A DNA stretch of 15,137 nucleotides. Source: Candidatus Thorarchaeota archaeon (GTDB taxonomy: Archaea > Asgardarchaeota > Thorarchaeia > Thorarchaeales > Thorarchaeaceae). The notes below the pieces were generated by a model. That model saw nothing but the letters and a program-made list of their open reading frames with translations, was not told the DNA's origin and did no database searches. The stretch lies in assembly GCA_016839605.1 (NCBI GenBank), contig JAEOTX010000117.1, positions 1 through 15,137 on the forward strand. The letters are read 5' to 3'. The translations under genes were made by a program, and so were the position numbers. This document shows, piece by piece, positions 6,501 to 13,751 of this stretch; position 1 is the stretch's first letter; each line of letters starts with the position of its first letter.

Positions 6501-7121
6501 ATGACGAATATATTTTCAACCAAGGTTCTGAACACATTTGGAGCTCAAGTACCTGAACTCAAGAGCACATTAGCGGCAGTTGAGATGAAGCTGGAGCCAA
6601 CACTGACACCTCCCTTCGAGATGCTTGTAAGGTCAATAGTATACCAACAGCTCGCCTACAAAGCTGCCAAGACCATTCACGATCGAATGCTTGCACTCGT
6701 AGGAAAGCTGACTCCTTCATCTGTGCTGAAAAAGAGCCAAGAGGAGCTTCGAATGGTTGGACTCTCACGTCAGAAGGCATCTTACCTTCACAATGTTGCT
6801 GAGTCCTTCAAGAGAGGAGGGCCGCTCTGGAAATATAGGAAGGTCGAGTCGTTAGAGAGCTTGTCGTCTGAAGAGATTACTACAATCTTCACAGCCATAA
6901 AGGGTGTTGGAGAATGGACTGTGCAGATGTATCTGATTTTTTCATTGGGTCGCCTAGATGTTCTATCTTCAGGAGACCTCGGCGTTCGTAAGGGAGTGCA
7001 AAAGATGTATGACCTTGACGAAATGCCTACACCAAAGCAGGTCAAATCAATTGCTGAGAAATGGCATCCTTTGGAGACCGTGGGAACCTACCTGGCTTGG
7101 CGTGTCCTTGAAAGTGAGTGA
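6501..7121 (+). CDS. alkA: DNA-3-methyladenine glycosylase II (AlkA/HhH-GPD family)
   Basis: 'FEMLVRSIVYQQL...AA.TI..R', 'LRMVGLSRQKASYL', HhH motif 'IKGVGEWTVQMYLIFSLGRLDV...GDLGVRKG', 'AEKWHP....TYLAWR'. GGGAG SD upstream. Confidence 0.9.
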   Translation: MTNIFSTKVLNTFGAQVPELKSTLAAVEMKLEPTLTPPFEMLVRSIVYQQLAYKAAKTIHDRMLALVGKLTPSSVLKKSQEELRMVGLSRQKASYLHNVAESFKRGGPLWKYRKVESLESLSSEEITTIFTAIKGVGEWTVQMYLIFSLGRLDVLSSGDLGVRKGVQKMYDLDEMPTPKQVKSIAEKWHPLETVGTYLAWRVLESE

Positions 7122-7191
7122 TGAGCCGCACCGCTACTAGGATTTAAGATGCGGTTCCTTCTGTTCCTGTCTATCATAATTGGTGATATGC

Positions 7192-7866
7192 ATGACTGAG
7201 AATAGCATTCGACTCAAGATGGCTTCAGTCTTTGTCTTCATTGGATTCTTGATGACACTGGGCTTGACCGCTGTTACTCTCCTGTCGCCAGGAGGATCAC
7301 AGCTGCACGAGGCGATGGATCCACAGGTCATCATTAATGACCTTGCAAGTACTACTGCAGCTGACATCGACATTCGTCTTGCTGGTATCGTGTTCGACAC
7401 GTTTTTCATGATAGGCTACATGGCTGTCTTCTACGGTCTCTTTGTACTGACAAAGGACAAGGAGTCTTTCTTCCCAAAACTAGCACTCGTACTTGGTCTG
7501 ACAACTGGATTCTGCGACCTCGTTGAGAACGCAATACAGGTTGCTCTATTCAATGGAATTCCTGCAGGATGGAGTCCTGATAGTCTTTATTTCGCTACTC
7601 TTTGGTCATTCACATTTGTAAAGGATTTGACAAGCTACATGGCTGGTATGATGTTCATAGTTCTGCTAATGCTCACACTGAGTCATCCACCAAATCTGAG
7701 ATCAAGCAAGCTGCTATTGGCCATACTAGTTGGACTCTACGTAGTAATTGGCTCGATTGCGATTGTCGAGAGCTCTTTCCTGATGGTGAGAAACCTAAGT
7801 TTCATGATGGACATGCTTTTGGGATCGCTGATTCTGTATCGTATCTCAAAGACTATCGCTCAATGA
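7192..7866 (+). CDS. Hypothetical multi-pass membrane protein (~6 TM)
   Basis: Several hydrophobic helices containing charged motifs 'FDTFFMIGY', 'CDLVENA' and 'FVKD'. GGTGA SD at 7182 favours ATG 7192 over TTG 7180. Confidence 0.75.
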   Translation: MTENSIRLKMASVFVFIGFLMTLGLTAVTLLSPGGSQLHEAMDPQVIINDLASTTAADIDIRLAGIVFDTFFMIGYMAVFYGLFVLTKDKESFFPKLALVLGLTTGFCDLVENAIQVALFNGIPAGWSPDSLYFATLWSFTFVKDLTSYMAGMMFIVLLMLTLSHPPNLRSSKLLLAILVGLYVVIGSIAIVESSFLMVRNLSFMMDMLLGSLILYRISKTIAQ

Positions 7867-7976
7867 TTGAAAGATGAGGAAGTCTTGCTGACGACCATTT
7901 GCAGTCATCTATAAGTCGGGGTACTCACTATCAAAATCAATATCCCAATCTTTTAGTCTAGTTGGGAGTGACAATT

Positions 7977-9155
7977 ATGAATGGCAAGAAGCGTAGCCCT
8001 TCGACATTATGCGTTCAGGGTACAGAAGCACAGAAAGCTGGACCTGCAGTTGTACCAATCGTTCAGACATCTACATTCGTCTTTGAAGACCAAATGGATA
8101 TGCTTGATTCTGTTACTGGCAAGTCCGGGAAACATGTCTATACACGTTGGAGTAATCCGACCACACGAAGTGTTGAAGCAAAGATTAGCTCACTTGAAGG
8201 CACTGATGACACTCTAGCCCTTTCCTCAGGCATGGCAGCTATCTCCACAGCAATTATTGGTTTGGTAAAGGGCGGTGAGCGAATCCTAGCTAGTGAGTCG
8301 ATCTATGGTGGTACAGTCCACTTTTTTGATGAGGTGCTTCCAAAATATGGGGTTCAGGTCGATTATGCTGACACAGATGACTTCCATGATCATGTGATGG
8401 CTTCAGGCGCGAAGTACAAGCTATGCTTCTTTGAAACACCAACTAATCCCACCCTCAAGATAGTTGACATCGAGAAGGTCGCAGATGCAGCCCGGGCTAC
8501 AGGGACTATTAGCATGATTGACAGTACCTTCGGGACTCCAATCAATCAGAAACCTCACGATCTCGGTGTCGACATTGTGATGCACAGTGCCACGAAATAC
8601 TTGGGAGGTCATAGTGATATAATCGCTGGAACCCTCTCGGGCTCGAAAGAGATCATGAGCAAGATTCGAAGTGCGGCAAAGCTGCTGGGCGGAACAATGG
8701 ATCCCTTTGCTGCGTTCCTATTAGACAGGGGAATTAAGACTCTGTCAGTCCGAGTTGAGCAACATAACCTCAATGCGTCTTACTTGGCTGAAAAGATGGT
8801 GAAAGACTCAAGAGTCAGGCGTGTTCATTACCCTGGGCTTCCGGAGCATCCTAATCATTCTGTGGCCAAGAAACAGATGCGCGGATTTGGTGGAATGTTA
8901 TCTGTTGAATTGGACTGTGACCTCGAGGCCGCCAAGTCATTTGTTGATTCACTGGACATATTCCTCAATGCTGTTTCACTTGGTGGTGTGGAGAGCCTTG
9001 CGAGCATCCCTGCTTTAACAACTCACTATGGTCTTGAGCCTGAGGTCCTCACGGAGATGGGAATCTCAGAATCCACAATCCGCTTGTCTGTTGGAATCGA
9101 AGACCCAAGTGATTTACTCCTTGACCTTATGACCGCCCTTGACAAGACGTGTTGA
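7977..9155 (+). CDS. Cys/Met metabolism PLP-dependent enzyme (methionine gamma-lyase / cystathionine gamma-synthase or lyase family)
   Basis: 'YTRWSNPT', 'SSGMAAI', 'YGGT', 'ETPTNP', 'DSTF.TP', PLP lysine motif 'HSATKYLGGHSD', 'SLGGVESL', 'IRLSVGIED'. GGAGTG SD before ATG 7977. Confidence 0.93.
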   Translation: MNGKKRSPSTLCVQGTEAQKAGPAVVPIVQTSTFVFEDQMDMLDSVTGKSGKHVYTRWSNPTTRSVEAKISSLEGTDDTLALSSGMAAISTAIIGLVKGGERILASESIYGGTVHFFDEVLPKYGVQVDYADTDDFHDHVMASGAKYKLCFFETPTNPTLKIVDIEKVADAARATGTISMIDSTFGTPINQKPHDLGVDIVMHSATKYLGGHSDIIAGTLSGSKEIMSKIRSAAKLLGGTMDPFAAFLLDRGIKTLSVRVEQHNLNASYLAEKMVKDSRVRRVHYPGLPEHPNHSVAKKQMRGFGGMLSVELDCDLEAAKSFVDSLDIFLNAVSLGGVESLASIPALTTHYGLEPEVLTEMGISESTIRLSVGIEDPSDLLLDLMTALDKTC

Positions 9156-9185
9156 AACGGTCTAATGGCCATTTGTTAAGTTGCG

Positions 9186-9262
9186 GCAGGGTGCTAGGAC
9201 GCCTCCGAATCTCCAATGGAAGAGAACCCGAGTAAAAATGCTTCAGTCCTAGGACACCTTGC
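9186..9262. other. Long intergenic inverted-repeat element (candidate structured RNA or MITE-like remnant)
   Basis: GCAGGGTG-CTAGGAC (9186-9200) pairs with GTCCTAG-ga-CACCTTGC (9246-9262), giving 15 bp with one G-U and a 2-nt bulge. An additional inner stem is possible. Confidence 0.5.
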
Positions 9263-9356
9263 ATAGAGCTTAGCTAGACGCTGAATCTCGCAAGATTAAA
9301 ACTGGATAGTTTACCTACAATCGCCTATATACTCAATCCCTACTGGATTTCTTGCA

Positions 9357-9695
9357 ATGACCGTCTGGACTCATCAACCCCTATACGATTTCGCTGAATG
9401 CAAGGCACCATGCGGCAAGGCTGGCTGCATAACACTTTACACTGGAGATGGCTGCTTCTTCTGCAATACAGCCTGGGAGATTCTAAAAGAGGTCGTTACT
9501 GACTTCAATCTTTCATACGAAGCGATATCCCTTGTTGATGCTGATACTGTCAATCCGGACAAGCTAGATCTTATGGGGCCGTTAGGTCTGCCAACAATAC
9601 AGATTTGTGAGGAAGTGATCGTAGGCGTTCCGGATGTTGATCACATAAGAGGCTTGGTCATGCATGCGGTCCTAAGGCGATGCTTCACTGAATGA
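9357..9695 (+). CDS. Thioredoxin/glutaredoxin-fold protein (CFFC)
   Basis: 'ITLYTGDGCFFC' CxxC after the first beta strand, cis-Pro motif 'GLPTI', then 'VIVGVP'. Confidence 0.8.
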   Translation: MTVWTHQPLYDFAECKAPCGKAGCITLYTGDGCFFCNTAWEILKEVVTDFNLSYEAISLVDADTVNPDKLDLMGPLGLPTIQICEEVIVGVPDVDHIRGLVMHAVLRRCFTE

Positions 9696-9696
9696 G

Positions 9697-10719
9697 TCAT
9701 GACGTTCCTGAAATTCCGTTGTATGATTCTTCAACCTCAAGAAGCATGGTTTCTTTCTTCGTTTCAGATACAAAAGCCGATTTGATTCCATTTTGTGTAA
9801 TCGAGTAGAGGTCCGTGAGCGAGAATCCAAGCTTATCATGCAGGTGTGTGTACTCAAATGAAATATTGGTGTCAAAGAATGCAGGGTCGTCGCTATTCAC
9901 GGTAACTAGCAGGCCTCGATCGTAGAATTCTCTGATTGGATGCTCTGATATTGAAGCAACCACTCCCGTTCTAACATTGCTCATTGGACATGACTCGATC
10001 GCTATTCCTCTTTCCTTGATATGCTCCATTAATTTTGGGTCATTGATGGCTGATGTACCGTGCCCAATACGTTCTACTTCTAGAAACCTTATCACATCCC
10101 AAATTGACTCGGGTCCTTCTGCTTCGCCTGCATGTGCAACAAGATGCAGTCCCAGCTTTCTGGCCTCTTTATACACAGGACCAAATGGTTTTGCAGGAAA
10201 TTCATGTTCGCTTCCTCCAATGTCCACGGAAACAATACTATCAAGTCTCTCTCGAATCCAGTCTAAAACCTCCATTGCAGATTCGGCCCCGTAATTTCTC
10301 ACTAGATCAATTCTCACATCCGCGTCAATCCCAGTTTTCCGATGAGCGCGACGTATACCTCTATCTATTGCGTCAACCATTGCACAAAATTCCAGCCCTC
10401 TTCTCATATGATCTGGAGCTGAGAAACTAATCTCAGCATAGCGGACATTGTTGGCAGAAAGGTCTTCAAGCATCTCAAAGGCCAAGCGCTCGAACTGCCT
10501 TTCATTGGTGATATAACTCACCACTTCTGAATAGACTGAGATAAAGTGGCCAAAGTCTTGGAATTGAAACAGCTGAGCCAAATCTGCTTCTGATTTGTAC
10601 GAGGTCTCGAACCCACCTTCATCAATATAATGAAGCAAAGTCCGCGGTCTTATGGTGCCAAGGATATGAATGTGGAGCTCCACCTTCGGGAGCGCTATGA
10701 TGGCTTCGTGAGTGTTCAT
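9697..10719 (-). CDS. add: Adenosine/adenine deaminase family protein
   Basis: 'LPKVELHIH..G', 'NVRYAEI', 'DIGGSE', 'AHAGE..GPESI', 'ERIGHG', 'ESCPMSN', 'VTVNSDDP'. ATG at 10719 (TTG at 10722 is the alternative). Confidence 0.92.
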   Translation of the reverse strand: MNTHEAIIALPKVELHIHILGTIRPRTLLHYIDEGGFETSYKSEADLAQLFQFQDFGHFISVYSEVVSYITNERQFERLAFEMLEDLSANNVRYAEISFSAPDHMRRGLEFCAMVDAIDRGIRRAHRKTGIDADVRIDLVRNYGAESAMEVLDWIRERLDSIVSVDIGGSEHEFPAKPFGPVYKEARKLGLHLVAHAGEAEGPESIWDVIRFLEVERIGHGTSAINDPKLMEHIKERGIAIESCPMSNVRTGVVASISEHPIREFYDRGLLVTVNSDDPAFFDTNISFEYTHLHDKLGFSLTDLYSITQNGIKSAFVSETKKETMLLEVEESYNGISGTS

Positions 10720-10783
10720 CAATCTCGGTGATTCAGAGCCATCGATAAGTCATTCTATCATCTAGCTCTTTGGAAGAAGTGAG

Positions 10784-10817
10784 GCCCTCTTGTTCGCTAT
10801 GTTTGGAGCAAGAGGGC
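10784..10817 (-). terminator. 12-bp stem hairpin between the wHTH gene and adenosine deaminase
   Basis: GCCCTCTTGTTC (10784-10795) / GAGCAAGAGGGC (10806-10817) give 11 Watson-Crick pairs plus one imperfect position. Followed on the minus strand by pyrimidine-rich CTCACTTCTTCC. Confidence 0.5.
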
Positions 10818-10851
10818 TATTGAGGAGTGCAAATTGTATCGTAATGAAAGC

Positions 10852-11136
10852 CTACACTCGGAGGTGCAGTGAGGCAATTGACTTCCAGATTTCAATTTCC
10901 TTTCTAAGCTTCTGGACTCTGGCTATGTCTGCATGATAAAGCGGTTTACGCATGTCTTGGAAATTCGCAACCTTATGGCACAGGTCCTGTTTCAAGAGAT
11001 TACGCAGTGCCAGTGTTACGGTTCTTGGAGCGAGTCCCACCTTAGTTGCGATCTCTTGTGGATACATTGGACCATCTGCAGCCAGTGTGTCCAGAATAAC
11101 AATTGAGCTTCTGGTTAGTTTGAAAGGCAGGCGCAT
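10852..11136 (-). CDS. Small winged helix-turn-helix transcriptional regulator (MarR/ArsR-like)
   Basis: 'LTRSSIVILDTL...GPM.PQEIATKVGLAPRTVTLALRNL' HTH, wing 'NFQDMRKPLY'. GGTGA SD upstream on the minus strand. Confidence 0.85.
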   Translation of the reverse strand: MRLPFKLTRSSIVILDTLAADGPMYPQEIATKVGLAPRTVTLALRNLLKQDLCHKVANFQDMRKPLYHADIARVQKLRKEIEIWKSIASLHLRV

Positions 11137-11192
11137 TTGCTATCACCATCAGGTGTCTTTCAGCAACTTTCGGCCATATTAAGACCATCGTG

Positions 11193-11251
11193 TTGCCACA
11201 AACACTTGCTCAACCTCAGTAGTGGCAATCTATTTTTTATAAGCGTTGCCA
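11193..11251. promoter_or_regulatory. Putative promoter/operator: TATA-like box flanked by TGGCAA/TTGCCA half-sites
   Basis: TTGCCAC 11193-11199, GTGGCAA 11222-11228, TTTTTTATAA 11233-11242 and TTGCCA 11246-11251, all in the spacer between divergent regulators. Confidence 0.45.
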
Positions 11252-11339
11252 ATAACGTAATCTTTTGGTGCTCAGAAACACATCGTTAAATGAGGAACTC
11301 ATTTGATGGTCCGTCGGATGTGATTTTCTGACGCAAGAG

Positions 11340-12422
11340 ATGGCATTGGATAGCAAGGATCTTGCCATCATGGGAGCCCTTGACAAAGTCGGTGCAAAAG
11401 CATCAGCGGAGCATCTAGGTGAGGTCTTGGGCATCCCATCCCGAACGGTCAGATATCGTCTGTCTCGATTAAGAAAGAAAGGTTTCCTATACCCTCCAAG
11501 GGTTATGACCCATGAGAGGAAACTTGGCCTCGGTGAGTCATCAATCTGCATGAAAGCCACAAGACTAGGCATAACACACCTTCCCAGCATTCTTGATGCA
11601 CTACCGTCCGTCTATTGGATCACGGAGTCCTATGGCACCTACGATGGGTACATGGCGCATTGTGTCTATCCTCTTGAATCGCCTAATAACATCCCTTCTC
11701 TGATGACCGTGCTAAAGAAAGAAGGACTCATTCAGGACTATCACATCTTCGATGTGGTGGACTACGAACATAAGCAGCCAAATTATGAACACCTCACTAC
11801 AGACATTTGTTGGGAGTGGGACTGGAGCCAGTGGTATAAGTCAGTCGGGAGGAACTTAGAAAGAAGATCCAGTTTCACCCTTCAGATGGAAGAGCATCCT
11901 CAATTGGTCGAATTTGATTCCAAGGACATTGCTCTGCTGCGGCATCTAGGAGAGGATGGAGAGTCGACCCAGCGCCATCTTGCTGATACACTCTCTCTTT
12001 CCGAAAAACTAGCTAACAAGAGACTCCAACGGCTGGAATCAACAGGAATCATCAAGGGGTACCGATCCGCATGCATTCCAGTAAATAACTACTTCTCACT
12101 TAGTTTCTTTCTTGAACTTGAGGAACCTGCAGAACCTGTATTAGCAAGTTTCTACGAAATGCCTTTTCCGTTTTACATCATGATGGAATCAAGGTCGCGT
12201 TTCTGCATTCAGCTTGGGTTCTCTGCATTAGACTATACTGGTTTCCTCAAGGGCGTCGATATTCTGAGACCATTCATGGTTTCTTACTTCTTCCAGACAA
12301 TGCATAATCCTCGACGGACGAAATCTGGGCATCCTCTGGATTTCTTCAATGATGAAAGCGGTTCGTGGGAATTCCCCAAAGATTCAACTAGCATCATACG
12401 GGCGCATTTAGAGAGCGGTTGA
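11340..12422 (+). CDS. Tandem (duplicated) Lrp/AsnC-type wHTH transcriptional regulator
   Basis: Two AsnC-type HTH units, 'LDSKDLAIMGAL...LGIPSRTVRYRLSRLRKKG' and 'FDSKDIALLRHL...LSLSEKLANKRLQRLESTGIIKGY', each followed by a RAM-like alpha/beta region. Confidence 0.82.
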   Translation: MALDSKDLAIMGALDKVGAKASAEHLGEVLGIPSRTVRYRLSRLRKKGFLYPPRVMTHERKLGLGESSICMKATRLGITHLPSILDALPSVYWITESYGTYDGYMAHCVYPLESPNNIPSLMTVLKKEGLIQDYHIFDVVDYEHKQPNYEHLTTDICWEWDWSQWYKSVGRNLERRSSFTLQMEEHPQLVEFDSKDIALLRHLGEDGESTQRHLADTLSLSEKLANKRLQRLESTGIIKGYRSACIPVNNYFSLSFFLELEEPAEPVLASFYEMPFPFYIMMESRSRFCIQLGFSALDYTGFLKGVDILRPFMVSYFFQTMHNPRRTKSGHPLDFFNDESGSWEFPKDSTSIIRAHLESG

Positions 12423-12489
12423 CAATACTGAAATATGAGGTCATTACGAGCATCATCGTCTATACCTCTGAACGCCCGGAGGACAATTC

Positions 12490-13737
12490 TTGACGAATGA
12501 AATAAGCGGTTGCACATTCACATGGGCCGGAAAAGAAGAAGCTAGAAGTGCAGCTAGCGGGCGCTCACAATACAAACTAAGGCATCTGAAAATGCAATCT
12601 GTTTCATCTGATACTACTGAGAACATGTTTATTGAAGGTGACAATCTCGAAGCCCTCAAGATATTGCGTGAGAGCTATTTAGGAAAAGTAAGAGTGATCT
12701 ACATTGATCCTCCGTATAACAAGGGCGGCAGGTTTGTGTATAGTGACAAATTTGCTGAAACACACGATGAATGGCTCTCCATGATGTATCCCCGTCTCCT
12801 GATATCAAAAGAACTTCTATCTGAAGACGGAGCTATCTTTGTTTCAATAGATGATAATGAGGTTCACAACCTACGCATGCTGATGAATGAGGCATTTGGT
12901 GAGGAGAATTACATCGCGACGATAATCTGGGAGAAGAAATTCTCGCCCCAAAACGATGCTAGATGGTTTTCAGATAACCATGATTACATTCTGATATATG
13001 CGCGGAAAAAGGAAACTTGGAGACCCCGGCTTCTCCCACGAACTGATGAGACTGATGCACGCTACAAGAATCTTGATGATGACCCAAGGGGAGCGTGGAC
13101 ATCAAGCGATATGACCGTGAAGACATACAACAGGGATTATGATTATGAGATCACTGCTCCATCAGGCCGAAAGGTCCTTCCACCACGAGGAAGATGCTGG
13201 GGGATGTCTATCGATACTTTCCAAGACCTAGTGAAAGACAATCGTGTCTGGTTTGGTGGTGAAGGAAACAATGTCCCACGGCTCAAACGATTTCTCTCTG
13301 AAGTGAAGCAAGGGTTGACTCCTTGCACGATATGGAAACGAACCGAGGTTGGCGATAATCAGGAAGCCCGACGTACAATCCGAGAGCTATTTGGTGATGT
13401 AGGCATTTTTGAAACACCAAAGCCAATTAGACTCATGAAGCAGATATTGCACCTTGGCACGGAGCCAAATCGTGAGGATATCGTGCTGGACTTCTTCGCT
13501 GGATCATGTACCACTGCTCATGCAGTGCTGGAACAAAACGAAGATGATGGTGGAAACAGGAGATTCATTGTTGTTCAACTGGCAGAGCAAGTACCAGCTG
13601 ATTCTCGCGCGTTTGAGGCAGGGTTCACCACAGTTTCTGAGATAGGTGCTGAGCGAATTAGGCGAGTCATCGAGAATATGAGAATGACTTCAGAGGGAAA
13701 CAATCAACTCGGATTCAAATATCATAAGATGGAATGA
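12490..13737 (+). CDS. Site-specific DNA methyltransferase, N6-A/N4-C beta class, Type III Mod-like
   Basis: 'FTWAGK', 'NMFIEGDNLEALK', motif IV 'IYIDPPYN', 'WLSMMYPRL', 'IFVSIDDNE', 'FETPKP', motif I 'VLDFFAGSCTTAHAV', end 'GFKYHK'. GGAGGA SD before the TTG start. Confidence 0.92.
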   Translation: MTNEISGCTFTWAGKEEARSAASGRSQYKLRHLKMQSVSSDTTENMFIEGDNLEALKILRESYLGKVRVIYIDPPYNKGGRFVYSDKFAETHDEWLSMMYPRLLISKELLSEDGAIFVSIDDNEVHNLRMLMNEAFGEENYIATIIWEKKFSPQNDARWFSDNHDYILIYARKKETWRPRLLPRTDETDARYKNLDDDPRGAWTSSDMTVKTYNRDYDYEITAPSGRKVLPPRGRCWGMSIDTFQDLVKDNRVWFGGEGNNVPRLKRFLSEVKQGLTPCTIWKRTEVGDNQEARRTIRELFGDVGIFETPKPIRLMKQILHLGTEPNREDIVLDFFAGSCTTAHAVLEQNEDDGGNRRFIVVQLAEQVPADSRAFEAGFTTVSEIGAERIRRVIENMRMTSEGNNQLGFKYHKME

Positions 13738-13751
13738 AAGTGTCACTAGGT

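Noticed and set aside
7872-7970. SAM-riboswitch-like leader before the Met/Cys lyase (AGATGA/TCATCT and TCCCAA/TTGGGA pairs, the latter overlapping the SD)
   Set aside because: The stems are only 6 bp, which is chance level, and there is no SAM-I/II/III consensus.
9160-9181. Integron attC-like box GTTAAGT (GTTRRRY)
   Set aside because: No properly spaced RYYYAAC partner or L boxes, no integrase in the window, and gene orientations are mixed.
12490-13737. Phase-variable simple sequence repeats in the Mod-like gene
   Set aside because: No homopolymer or short tandem repeat tract was seen in the gene or its leader.
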